The notes below the pieces were generated by a model that did not search any database, was not told the DNA's origin, and saw nothing but the letters and a program-made list of their open reading frames with translations. The position numbers and the translations under genes were made by a program. DNA of 64,000 nt from positions 8,835,337-8,899,336 of the forward strand of contig CM082586.2 of the NCBI GenBank assembly GCA_040954595.2. The letters run 5' to 3'. Below are positions 41,431-54,479 of the stretch, piece after piece (position 1 is the first letter of the stretch; each line of letters starts with the position of its first letter). Source of the DNA: Balanoglossus misakiensis (lineage: Eukaryota > Animalia > Hemichordata).

Positions 41431-44146
41431 ATCATTGTCATGGATTTCTGGTGGAGTGACCATGAGATAGGCAATAGACCTGTTATGCATGAATGGATCG
41501 CCAATTATGTATGAGGTGCATGTATATTTGATTTCAAGAAAAGAGTTTAAATGAATTTTGGACATTCCATGCCATATCACACTGTTCACTGGCATGGACT
41601 AACAGAGTATGGGAGGGGGGGGGGGGCATTTCTTGAGCATAAATTGCACAATCTAAAGGAGAGAGATGGGAAAAGATTCCTCCATACACCTGAAATTGTT
41701 TTTAAAAATAATTCTTTGCTTTGGCTAGATCATCAATGCATTGCATTTTGTTGCCATGCTATAGCAACCACCTGGCAATGAAAAATCACAGACAACCACC
41801 TGCCAAATGCCAAATCCTTGAATTTTATAATCGTGAAAATAAATTTCATCAACCATAAGGCCAAACTGCACTAATACCGTGTACAAAATACATGAAAATG
41901 TTGACGTTGGATCCAACTTGTGTGAGTTGCAGTGCTCATTCATAGTTCACTGTTGAGGTACCTGATCATTGTAACAATGTCAGGAGATGCAGCATGAAAG
42001 AGGACGTCAACAAAATGAATATAACTATGAGTAGAAAGGATGCCACCCCCCCTTCCCCACTTCCGTGTTTATATGAATCCTTTCATATTCATGACACAAC
42101 CATTCTGGTCAGTTTTAATTATAGCAATCATATCCAGAAACTACTTGCTTGCAAAGTTTTCTGCCCAAGGTTTTAAAAAGCTAGGTCCTGTACGTGCATG
42201 TACAACTCATTCAAAATAACATCACCATTGCATGATAGAACAGCCATACACAAATTCGTTAATACATGCACACCTGCAGTATGATTACAACCACACATGT
42301 ACTCACTTTATCTACAGGTATATACATTTATGATCATTATATACAATTAATAGATGTTTGCTTCCCAAATTTACAGACCAAACATTTCAATTTCTTAATT
42401 AAAAGCCAATAAATTCCGTACCTGCCAATAACCTCTGTTCCATTTCAATATCTACATGAATAAGAGCATAAAAAAGGTTAACATTAGGTGAATCTTGAAT
42501 TTGAAGGAAGATATTGAGATCTGGGAATGTATTGTATAGACTTCAAATGAGCAGAAGTCAGTCTCAAAGTTTTAAAAGATTTATTACACTGTCAAAGACT
42601 GAGTCCATAACAAAGAAATGTGGGCGGGGTTTCTTGAATGAGAGGGCTCTTGGCAAGTTTGGGGTGGGGCTATGGAATATCCTCCCGCTGTCTGAGGATG
42701 ACAGTTTTGACAATGTTTTGGTTTGGTCCTTAACTACAAGAATAAATCTCATGTATCTTGTTTTGTAAATAAAAGGATTGTTGCTAACCTCATCTGTTGG
42801 TGCCAACAGTTCTCTGAATCATGACTAGCATTTCATGACATAAGAACAACAACTAAGCGGATACTACAAAACAACAACTGCACTGTGACTTCAAACAATC
42901 AATCAATCAAGCCTCTGCACACCTCTGAATAGTGAAACATTAAAAGGTAGGAGACAGCCAGCCAATATGCATGGCATGGTTATTATATTCCATAGCCTTA
43001 TACATAAAATTTTGAGAAAACATACAATTCATTGTGTACGTACTGGAACATGTTGTATGCTCTGAAATCAACACAGAATGTCGGACCCCTGCCATTTCAA
43101 GGCGCATGATCAGGCCCAGTTACAGAGTTAATTTATCTAAAATCTCCACATGCAGTTTTAAATTTTAATGGTTTGCCTTTTGCTAATAGAGCAGTGAAAT
43201 TGATAACATAGAGATATCTACCATAGATGGCCACTGTTTGTCAATACCGGTACTAGTATCTTGTTTGACTAAACTTTTGTTGCCCTTTCCTGATCAACTG
43301 GGCTATATTGCCAAAATGTTGGAGAATTTGTGTGCTTCTTTAACACAGGATCCCACGTGTACAGTGAGCACATTATGCAACTTCTGGATCTAAACCAGCC
43401 CCAAATATAATGTCATTGAAGCCCTAAGACTAGGAGCTGCCACTTGTTGCATTATTTTCATGATTTGACTTCCAACATAGATTGGTCCATCTAAATAAGC
43501 TTACTGATAGGCATACATGATTATGTTACCGACGCCCGATTGTGGCTGTATGTTGCAATTTGAACAAGTGATATATTAAATAGGTGCCACACCTGTTAAA
43601 TCAGCCTCTATAAAAAGAGTTCACAACTATTGTGGTACGCATCGCCAAGAGTTAATAAACAGAATCAAATGCAAAAACAAGTAATGTGGATTAATGATGA
43701 AGATTTTATATAAAAGGTAGAAGATTTGATTTTTGGAAAAATGTGAAATTTGGCATTTCATGAGGCTTTCAGGGAATAGTAGTACCTGAAGACTGGTGTT
43801 GTCACCATTGTACATGCATTGACCAGCAGAATGTTGCTATAATTCCCAATGATTCGGCCAAAACTGGTTCCCTCTTAAATACTAGAAGGAAGGTACCAGT
43901 ATGCATGTTCCTTGGTTGGTTAAATAAATTTTGATCAAAATTAAAGCTGCACAGTTGATGGCAAATACCATTTTGGGTATATTTGTATTTTGTGAAATAA
44001 ACATCGATATACAAACCTTTAACATGAAAATAATTGCCCTACCCATGGACTCGGGTCAAATTTACTCATATAACGATATAAGCTTCATAGAAAAAGTCCG
44101 ATGGTAAACAACATGTTTACATGAACCGCCGATACTACACGGAAAC

Positions 44147-44158
44147 TGTGACGTCACA
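44147..44158. promoter_or_regulatory. CRE/ATF palindrome upstream of the KolX-like gene
   Basis: tgtgacgtcaca ~80 bp before ATG 44240. Confidence 0.5.
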
Positions 44159-44239
44159 ATCACGAGACCAGACGCGATCTAGCGTGAATTGGAGACGTGA
44201 GGACGTGGCTTCATTCACGCGCATGTGCATGCTGTCAAC

Positions 44240-46296
44240 ATGGAGGTGAGTGTTCATGAATAAACATGAAAAAGTTTTATACTATACGTATCTTTTGTTT
44301 ACTCTTAGGATATCTAGTTTCAGTGTGATCTCTCTTTTTTTCGTTTTATAAGACTGGTTGTCGTAAGCATCGGCATATTTTGGTGATTTGAAGAACAACT
44401 TGACGATAAAAATCGTTGATACACGTGTACGTTATTAGCTAGATGCATGTCTGCGGATTTCTAACACTGGGAACTGTAATCGTTTGGTCTGTATTCGTAA
44501 TAGAAAAGTGTTCTTTTTTAGCTTTCGGATGGTTTACGAACAAGTCCGCTTTGCATTTGTTCATGAAAATATCAACAACGGTATCGTGTTGACAAAAGAG
44601 CCGAATACCATGGGAAAATCACGACGGGCCGGGAGGGATTGTATATATTACCGTGAATTACATGCATGTCAAAACATATATACAAATTGCACCTCTACCG
44701 ACATGATGTACTGGTATAAGGATATTTGTGCCATGAAAGTTACGAAACCAAGACATAAATTATATTTTTGGCGAATTTCGACGCCCTAGTAACAAAAATA
44801 TATACCTAAGGAATAATATGTTTTCAGGACATGTTTTATGTATATCAAAACAAAAGCTTATGTACTAATGCTAATGCAGGGCCTGAGTGTAGGGTTTGGT
44901 TTTATTTTCAAAATAACAGGAAATTAGTAATTATATGTGTACAATATGCTTGTTTTTCAGACAAGTTCTGACTATAGTCCAACTCAGGAAAGGTCCTGCA
45001 CTCAAAAGGGAAAGGGTAAAAAAAAAGGTCGTGGACGAGGACGAGGAAGAGGTAGAGGAAGTCAGACTCAGAGAGGACCAGAATTTGGAGAAATTGTGCC
45101 AGAAGAAAGAAATATAAGACTGAGAGTGAGTATTAGAATGAGAGAGAAGCAATAATAAAATGTTGTGTTTTGAACAATGCAATACAAATCATCTAAGGAA
45201 ATTGTATAAGTAATAACAAAGAATAGTAATTGATGAGAGTTTATTCCATATTTGACTGTTGAAAGTTGGTATTTTTTCTCTGTGGTGCAATCAGCACTAG
45301 TAATCCCCTTTTCATGAGAACAAAAATAGTGTAAACATTGTTTTGGCAATCATTATTTGACAATTGGAAATAGTATGACATGATTCTGAGCATCAATAAA
45401 TAGTTTGATATTGTTTTGTTTTTTGTTTAAATTTCACAGACACAGATATCACAAATGACTAGAGAGGAGTTGCAGGACTTTGCCCTCCAGGTGTTGGATC
45501 ACCAACCAGGGTTGTTGTTTAACTTGTTGCAGCCAGCTGCAACCAACCCTGGTGGTTATCATCCACCACCAGGCGGCCAAAATCCTGCATGGTGTATCTG
45601 CACCTATTGCAGAGAAATGCCAAGCCAACCGGAGCGAGTGTGCTGCATGAAGCAGCCCGGAGACTGCGTTTCTCACCTAGATGTAAGAATACTAACTTTT
45701 GTCACTACTATATAATTTACATTGCCAGTGTCTCATGTTCAACCCTCCCAAAATAATCGTCAAGTCCTTGATTTGTGATTGCATTACATAATTTTTTAAG
45801 CGTGATAAGTCATAACAAACAGAACTACCTACATCAGATGTCAGAAATAGTGGGGAAGCCAAGTTCACAAGCCCCTATTTCCTTTTTCAAGATACGAATC
45901 TTCCTAAGAAATCATTGAAGAACTTTGATCAGTGTTATGTGTAACACTCATTCATTGATCAAAGGTCCTTGCTGTTTTCTTTGGTAGATTGGAATGTTCT
46001 GTTGATTAATTTTCACTCTATTTATTTCAAAGGTCTTCCAAATATTGGTCCTGCATGCTGGTGTTTTACACATAGCAAGGGCACTGCGGAACGATGTTTT
46101 GGCAATGAATGATGAGGATGACCTCAACCTAGCGAACCGCCATGCTGCCTACAGGCAATTCATTCTGTGGCAGCATGGCAGACTTGGCCCTGGTAACAGG
46201 AAAGTTATTCCAAGCTGCTGTGTGTGGCGCATCAGAGACAGGTACCCTGATGCATTTGGGCAATACAGAGGTTTTGTTGCTGCCAGACTGGGCTAG
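44240..46296 (+). CDS. KolX-like accessory protein with P2X7 C-terminal (ballast)-like Cys-rich domain, 4 exons, 225 aa
   Basis: Exons 44240-44245 (ATG GAG|gtgagt), 44961-45125, 45440-45682, 46033-46296, all phase 0. GR-repeat basic tract, [11 protein letters not shown]...[37 protein letters not shown]...GQYRGF; AATAAA at 46306. Confidence 0.88.
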
Positions 46297-46789
46297 AAAT
46301 TTCTAAATAAATTTCATACACATGTATATTTTATATATATTCATTTATTTTTTGTACTTTCATTGTTATTTTGACTCTTTACAGTCCTCACTGTTCCTAA
46401 GTCCTATGATGGAAAGAAAAATTGTCAAAAAAGAGAAAATGAACCAATTTACACAGGTTTTACACTTTAGTCATTTTCATTATCACATATCTTTTATTGG
46501 CAAGGCAAATACTTTTACAAAATGCCTGGAATACCTACAAGCAACTAGAAATATATTTCCTTTTTATGTACAGTAAACAAATGTCCGTCCCTAGTGTGTT
46601 ATTTACTCAAGTGCTGACATTGTTATTTGACTAGTTTACAGTCCTGAATATCCTGATGTCCTAGGGTAGAAAAAGATACTGTAGTTATTTTTGTCTGATA
46701 GTTGCCACATGTAACTGGTAATAAAACATTTAGAGCACAAAAATAAAACTGTGTCAAATTCTTCCAAGTGGGGATCAAGTGCCAGATAT

Positions 46790-47135
46790 TGCATATTATA
46801 TTATATCATGCTACCGTCCGCAATTCTGATTGAACCAGAGCTCAATCCAGCGATGCTAAAATACTCAATAATGCACTGCTGGCAGTAGTAAAACAGGCCC
46901 CTGAACTAGCATACGGCAGCAAAAATGTGTGGTTAAACCACAGTCGCGCGTGTTTAAACCAAATAAATAAAACAAAAATATTGTTGAACTAACAGATGTT
47001 TTATTTTGGAACTGCTCTGTGGAAATATTTGTCACTTTGCCACGCGCGATACCCGTTTTGTCACTTTTTGTCGTCTGCTTCATCCCGGCCGCTTACGGCT
47101 ATTGCTATATGTCTCGAATTGTACCCAAATCTTGC
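46790..47135. mobile_element. Repeat insertion between the two Kolobok genes (same family as 5673-6020)
   Basis: Reverse-complement match to 5945-6020 and direct match to 5742-5771. Confidence 0.6.
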
Positions 47136-47285
47136 GTCCGATTTGGCCAATTTACCCTTTATCGTTCATCAAGGATGCCTGGATGCCTGCACTGTACAAT
47201 CCCGGTATTTATTAGCGCCTGAAAGGCCGGGTCGCCAACGCTGTTCTGCACTGTACAATCCCAGTATTTTGTAAATAACTTTACA

Positions 47286-50200
47286 CTATTTGGTGCGTGA
47301 AACTAGCTGCTCCACTAAGACTGATGTAGGAGGTGGCATTACTGGAGCAAGGTTAGCAGAGATGTGCCGTGGATCATCTGCTTCAAGGACCATTCTCTTG
47401 TACATGCCCTGGCGGTCTGTCAGTCGCCTCTTGATAACTGCCATCTTCAGTGTTCTTATATGCGGATACGTCTTTGCTTCTTTTATAGGGGATACAGACC
47501 ACCGCCCACTTTTTTTGTTGAATATTTTTTTCTGCCTAAAGTAGTAAAGAAAAAGACCTCCAGATGAAATAAATTTTCAGCATTCATGTTAGTTTAGTGC
47601 AGTGTATAAAAGACTGAAACTGCATAACAAAGTAAGAGTTAGCTGTCATTGTCATTTTTGTACTGAGAAGAATTTCCTATGTTTTTGCAATAGCAAACTT
47701 AACATCACAGTACTTTACATATTAAGTCTTATTATGTTTTCAACTTACAAAGTAAGACACTTGATGTAATATTTCTTATGAGAATTAACAAACAACCAAC
47801 GGCAGTGTAGCTACCATTATTATTATTTGGTAAATTAGATTCACATCTGGAAAAGAATCATGATTTTCAATATTCAAGTAAGGTTTGACATTACACAGGT
47901 AAACTTGAGATAGTTAACATAGTTGCTAAACTCTCTAACTAACCTGATTTCTCCATTTGGCTTCCTCTTGTATGGTCGATTATAGTGGATATTGTGATCT
48001 AAGGCTGCTAGACGGTTTCTAACCCTATATACAGGAGGGCTGTATGCAAACCTTTTACTTGCATATTGCAGGATCTTATTCTGGAATGTTTCCAGTTCAC
48101 CAGTTAGTCTGATTGTACAGAAACAAATAAAGTTAACAAGTCATTGTAAATGACAGACCCCCGCCAAGAAATGTTTAGTGAATTTGTAGTCATTGTTCTT
48201 ATGAACTCGCAGTCATTGCTTTGATCACAACGTTCCTGGGTTAGGACATGTACAAGTTGATATGTTAACTCTGAATGAGATCCGTTCACACATATCTGAG
48301 TTATGGCAAAACAAAATGGCCAACTGGTGGCCATATTGGAACAGATCAAGATGAAAATTGACATGCACATGCATATATATGTCGTAGAACACTGTCCTAA
48401 TGCCAAATTTGAATGAGGTCAGTTCAAGTTTGATACATGTATGGGCAAAATGTATTTTCAGTTTACTGTATTTTTTGTCATGAATAAATTGATAACTAAC
48501 CTTGCATTAAGTAAGTAGGGAATCTTCTTCAGAAATCGGGTGTCAAAGATGATATTTCTGAGAACTTGGTGGGCCCTGCTTCCCTTTTTCAGCCACTCCC
48601 TTCCCCGGTCATCTTCTATATTCTCACTGAGCGGTCCGTGGTAGCAGTGATTTGATCCTTCCACTCCTACACCCAAAATCCAGTCATGCTCCTCAACTAC
48701 ATGGTGAATGAGACCACCCCACATCCCCTGTAACAAAAGAACATGTATGGTGTTAATTATAAGTTTATGTATGGCGCTTACGGTATATGTAATTGTACAT
48801 TTAAAGGTTTAGATATTATTCCTACAGTTACTGCCGAAATTTTCCTCCAAATATTTTTGGCCATATTTACAACTCGCATGTAAATGAAAATACAGACTAA
48901 ATAGAACACTTACTCTAAACTCCACTTCACTAGATGCTGTGTTACAGCAATACCAAAAATGGTTGGTGATATGCTTCGTCCATTTGAGAAGTATCCGGCA
49001 GTCTCTTTGTTGGCCAGCCTACATTTAAGTAATTCAAAAAAAAGTTCACACTTTAAACTTGATCACTGACTTGAAATAAAAAATCATCACACACACACAC
49101 AGCCTGGTCACCATACCCAGTGTGTTTTAGATAGACTCACACACAAGGGTCTGGCCACAGAGTCAACTATCTTCCATTTTTAAGATCTGCATGTCAATAG
49201 AACTCAAAATGCGATGTCACAGCAATGAGGTCACCACATGGTTTTGACTCTGAAGTCTTTCAAGTCAATCACCGTACGCTAATTATTTTCCAACTATTAG
49301 CAACGCCCGGTCATTGCTCCGGCCAATCGGTAGTGTGTCGCGTAAGGTGATTGACTTGAACGACGTCAGAGTCAAAACCACTAAAACAATTATAAACATT
49401 AGGGGAAAAATGAACCCGCCCTACCTACCCTATTTTGAAATTGCCCATCATCAGAACTACAGTTATTTTTCTTATGCCCTATACATAATATATACATACC
49501 TTTATAATTTTCTTTGCCAAATTCTTCGAACAATGCCAGATATCATAGGAATGTTTAATATTTGGGTGTACAGTCTCTGTGTTGGGTAAAAAGAGAAACA
49601 ATTTACACTTTGTTGTCTTAATCTATTACATATCATTCTAAACAATTTAAAGTACACTGTAAGGAAAGCATTGTTTGGGAGTACTACTCTCATAAATTTT
49701 ACACCAGGAAACTGCCTGGGGCAAGTAATGTACATTTGTCATCAAGTTGATCTGAAACCATTACTGTATATTGTTTACAATCATTGGGTGGTGGTGGTTG
49801 TGGACGTGGGGTCAGTCTATGTATCTACTATGACATACATTATGATAGAGTTGTTTGCACTGGTGAGAAATGAATTGCAATTATACATTTTGGTTCAAGG
49901 CTATAACTTCTGTTTTTATAATGAATATAAATGTAAACTTACTCATTTCAGCAGTTATTTGTGGATGGGCATCTGTCACGATTTCTGATATCTGCAGACC
50001 AGTTATCTCCCCCAAGCCTCTTTGGAAGCCCTTCTTTTCCATGTTGCATGACTTTCTTTCAGTCTCTCTTTTATCAACAGTAGATAGTGACAGTATTTCT
50101 TTTGAATCGTTCTCCATTAAACTATAAGTACAATATTGGGCCGAATAACCAGGGGAGTCCATCCTTCCATCTCCTAAAAATATCAAAATGAATATAATTT

Positions 50201-53200
50201 CTCAACTAAATTTCAATTCAGCGTAATTTGTCTTTCAATATGCTACATAAACAAAATTTCTAACAGGTGGCCTTCGACTCATGTCACGTTCATTGGTGTG
50301 CATATGTATACCACTGTGGTTCATATTTGTTTGACATTATTGCACTGAAGTCTTTTTGGGGGGATATACATAAAATTTAGATCTATGATATCCATAATGT
50401 ATGAAACAATAGTGACATACCAAGTAAAACAACATCCATATCCATGTGTTTCTCTAACAGTTCCCGCTGATGGTCGAGCCAAAACTCGTCGATTGATGGT
50501 ACTAGATATGTCCTCTGCATTCGACTGAACACAGGTTGAGACAGGATTCTGAGATTTAGCATCTTTGCAAACATGGCGATTTTGTCATAATTGTTCCCTG
50601 ACATTAGGATTGCAGCAGCTCCAAGAAGATCTCCACTGCTGACCCCTCTGTTCAACAAAGGTTGGGAACACCATTTATATGATGTATGGCCTCTAGAGCA
50701 AACCTATAAGAGAGGACAGGGTTTTACAAAATACTTGAAGTCACAGTGCTTAAAATAGCCAAGTAAAAACAAGTTTTGCTTCAAAAATTACCAAACAGAA
50801 CTACAGGCAGTATGAACATTATTAAGCATGTTCAGTTGTGAAAAAAAATTACAGATTGAAACAACCAGACATCAAAAGTGAGAAAAGGCTCAAATTGTAT
50901 CATGGAAAAATATGAAATTTCCCTTTAATGATGAGAAAGAATCACAAATAAAACCAACTGACACACTGGTATGTTCTGGTTCATTTTTCTTTTTCATATA
51001 AATATTCTAAGAATGATGCGTTTTTCTTCATTACACAGTGGCATTGCAATATACATGTAAAGCGTACTTACCCATTCCAGGTATAGTGCTGATCCACGGA
51101 ATTTGTGGTGAACTTCAACAAGTTGCTTGCAGCCTTCTAAACTGCATACTGGACTTATATTTCTTTTTGCTAAGACTAACAGCTGGTTCAAGTATGTCAG
51201 ACAAAATTGTCCATCTACTAGGTCAGGAATTTCCCCTGCTGATTTAACATGTTGCACTCCATCCTCTGACTGAAAAGCTGTACAGTCATCTTCTGTCCCA
51301 GATGATTCATCGGTGTCAGTATCACCCCCTGCGTCTCCTTCACTGCCATAACAGACCTCAACACCATCAGCGCCTTCACTACAAATAGGGAAGGAAGTAA
51401 CCACATTACTCATGCATTAAAGGTATCATCAAGAACACCTCAAAAATAAAGTGCATGCATGAGTGAGGCTTGGCGTAGTTTTAAAAACAAAGCGGACAAA
51501 ATACGGCTAGGACTAGGCTATGCTTCTTCAGACAACCAATGAACATTTTGGGGCACCAAATGTAAGTGGTAGTCTAATAGTTGTTGCATTGGGACTACCA
51601 AAATAGTTTAGCCCCCTTCAGTTACCAGGAAGAAATGAATTGCAAGCCCTGGTATAGTCTTTTTTCTATTGTATACTAGTGGTATGCATGACTACAACAA
51701 AAAGCAAAAATACAACACAGTAACTCACCAAAGTGTTATGTTAAAACTGGGTTCATAGTCAGGGTCTTTCAGCGTGTCATCATCATACTGATCAGTGCTG
51801 CTCTGATCACCAGAAAAACTAACATCAATAGTTAATCTGTAAACAAGAAAATGTCTCATGATAGGTAACAACAATATACTTAACCAGCCAAATATAAGAG
51901 AAAGACTCAAAGTAGCGATACAATGACTGTGACTATGTGTTAACTTCAAATATGGTTTATATTTACTACATCATTGATAGTGTCAGAGAAAAATGAATTA
52001 TTATCTGTCCATTACTTACTGTTTTGGGTCTATAAAGGATTCTGTTTGTTTGCTTGAACTGCATTCCCTCTTTTCTCTAAAAGATTCTTTTTTGGGGGTT
52101 GAACTACAGTCCTTCTCGTTCTCCCTGTTCCAAAACAAATGAACAAGAGACAACAGCTAGTGAATATTATGGACTATTGTACCCTTGAGAATAGAGATAT
52201 CTTGAACATTATATTTGGAATATAGATCAAGGATAGGAAGAGTGATTGCATAACCAGTGGCTGTACTCTACTGTATAAATATACATGTATGCAACACAAT
52301 TTCACAAACAAAGACATGCATGGATTACTCAGGACAGTCACAACCAGTTCCATTTGGGTTACATTCCCATACTAAAAACAATATAAATTAAGGATAACCA
52401 GTGAACATATTCATGTTGAAAATGTTTATGGTCATCAGTAGTAAATCAACAATAAATACTTGCCTTGCCATTACACACTCTGTCTCAGAAGCTGACATGG
52501 TGTCACTGCCAATAGTGTCAATGCCAGACAAAACAGAATTGGTAGTACTACTGCCACTAAAAAAACAAGAAGGAAGGTATAATCACATGGACCACTTCGC
52601 AGATAGAATACACAGGGGTTTGTGGGACAGTTTGCGTTCTGAGCTTGTGCGTTAGCCATGTACTATACGCTATTTTGAACGCAAATTAACCTTCATGCAT
52701 TGCAAATACCCTACACAATTTTTTAACCGATCATCACAAATGAGTCACTATGATATGGTAGTTTTAAACTCAATGTTCTCACTTGTCCATTTTTAATGTA
52801 ACAATAAGAAATGTGCACATACCATTCAATATCAGACAGCTCAGGTCTACTAGCACTATACATTATAGAGCTCACACCACCACAGATCGGTGTTGATGCC
52901 ACTGGTAACCTTTCAAGTCTCTTTGATGTCTTCTTTTTAGTTTCATAATAACTGTTGAAAAGTTGAAATAATAATATTGAATTTGAAATCTGCAGTGCAT
53001 TTTGTTGATAATAAAATAGCTCACAAATCACACAAAAGCGACAATTTTGAATACCCCCTCTCACCTCCCCCAGATGTCCTTCATTTGTATTTTCTAATAA
53101 TATTTCTTTTTGGATCATTATTTTCAATGTCAAGAAATTCTTTATTACACAAAATAACACATTTTCCCATGACAAATACTATTTGAGTGAAATCTACAGT

Positions 53201-54184
53201 GAATTGACAGCAACAAAAAGAATAGCAATGATATCAAAAACAATTTCAAAAACGAAAATATTCAACCTTGTAGACTCTTGAGGAGGGTAGAGGCCAGCCC
53301 CCAGCATGCCCCCCCCCCCCCCCCCAAGCAGGCCATTACTCTGTTGGCTCCCATGGCCAACATATAAATGTAGTTCGGAACTACCTCAGTCTCTACTTAC
53401 GCTGAAATGTGAATTACTCACTGAGAAGCTAAGCCAATGTCACGGATTTTAGCACACAGCATCAACTGCAACCCGATTTTGTCGGTTTACACGAACCAGG
53501 GACTTGCACGAAAATAAATTTGGTCTGAATGCGTGGGTTGTAGAGTACGGGACCATGCATGCATAATATTACGTGACTGTGCATATCTCGTTTCACTTCG
53601 ATGTTGCGTATTCGCGATTTACTATACTTGTTACACATGTATATCAATCGATTTCGAACTATAACAAACTAATCAGTAATTCCATAGCCTATAAAATGAA
53701 GATCATCACATGAAGTTGGCGATCACGGCCGGAGCTTCAGTCACGTAGATCTAACAGACGATGGGGCCTCGAAATAGGCGACACAATAGGCTGCGAGTAG
53801 AAACTGTAACTGCAGTAACCTAAGCGATTCTAGTGAAAACCCCGATAGAAACTGTAACTGCAGTAACCTAACCGATTCTAGTGAAAACCCCGATTAAATA
53901 ATATATACAAAACTTATACAGAGCAAGCATACACTAACTCAAAAAAAAGTCAGCGCAACTATTACAGGTAGGCGGTATCAGCACGGGCGTATTAGAAACA
54001 TTCAACACATGACATGCACAATTTGGATAACTTACCTATCTAGGAGAAATCTGGCAACATCAACGTGTTTCGTCAAACCAGTTTCTTCCTTGACAGCTTT
54101 CCACCGATGGATCTGACCGAATATGTTGATTTTTCCCTCATTTTTTTTCTTCCATCTTTGCTGATGGTCATCTTGGGACGCCAT
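47286..54184 (-). CDS. Kolobok DDE transposase, 13 exons, 742 aa
   Basis: Exons 54184-54036, 52951-52823, 52556-52464, 52124-52020, 51836-51729, 51378-51072, 50703-50421, 50173-49943, 49576-49500, 49018-48914, 48727-48501, 48108-47944, 47535-47286 (2229 nt). Phases consistent, no internal stop. Motifs GDGRMDSPGYSAQYCTY, IVTDAH, HSYDIWH, NHFWYC, TGELETF, LAALDHN. Confidence 0.9.
49239..49380. mobile_element. MITE in transposase intron 9
   Basis: ~40-bp IR tggttttgactctgaagtctttcaagtcaatcacc / ggtgattgacttgaacgacgtcagagtcaaaacca. Confidence 0.7.
53798..53893. repeat. 48-bp tandem duplication in transposase intron 1
   Basis: tagaaactgtaactgcagtaacctaa(g/c)cgattctagtgaaaaccccga x2. Confidence 0.9.
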
Positions 54185-54211
54185 TTTATCATCTAAAAAT
54201 TTACTGCACAA

Positions 54212-54221
54212 GTGACGTCAC
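54212..54221. promoter_or_regulatory. CRE/ATF palindrome upstream of the transposase
   Basis: gtgacgtcac ~30 bp before ATG 54184; adjacent half-site tgacgtaa; the ATG lies in an AAAATGGCG (YY1-like) context. Confidence 0.5.
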
Positions 54222-54479
54222 ATTGTATGACGTAACGTTTACGTCGCAATATTCGTGTGTTTATAAAAATATATGGGTACGTACCCATAAAATTTATTTT
54301 TATTAATTTTTTACATTCTGAACCATGGCAACTGACCAAATCACTCGTGAGTTATTTTATTTCGGCAAGTAAAGTATTATACAAACAAAAGTTAAGAGAT
54401 TTATGCTACCAAAGTAAATTGTCATTATCATCAACTGTGCAGCTTTAAGGTAATATGTGCCTCAAAGTCAGATTTTAAG

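Larger units (their letters stand above)
43945..54444. mobile_element. Kolobok-superfamily DNA transposon, full length, apparently autonomous
   Basis: TTAA (43941-44) + agctgcacagttgatg ... catcaactgtgcagct + TTAA (54445-48); 16-bp perfect TIR; convergent transposase and KolX-like genes inside. Confidence 0.93.

Noticed and set aside
42564-42806. 80-aa minus-strand ORF as a terminal exon
   Set aside because: No upstream exons or motif found
45455-46296. Host P2X7 receptor gene
   Set aside because: No TM or ectodomain exons; lies inside transposon TIRs
43941-54448. piggyBac assignment from the TTAA TSD
   Set aside because: Ends start AG rather than CC(C/T), and the transposase motifs and accessory gene are Kolobok-type
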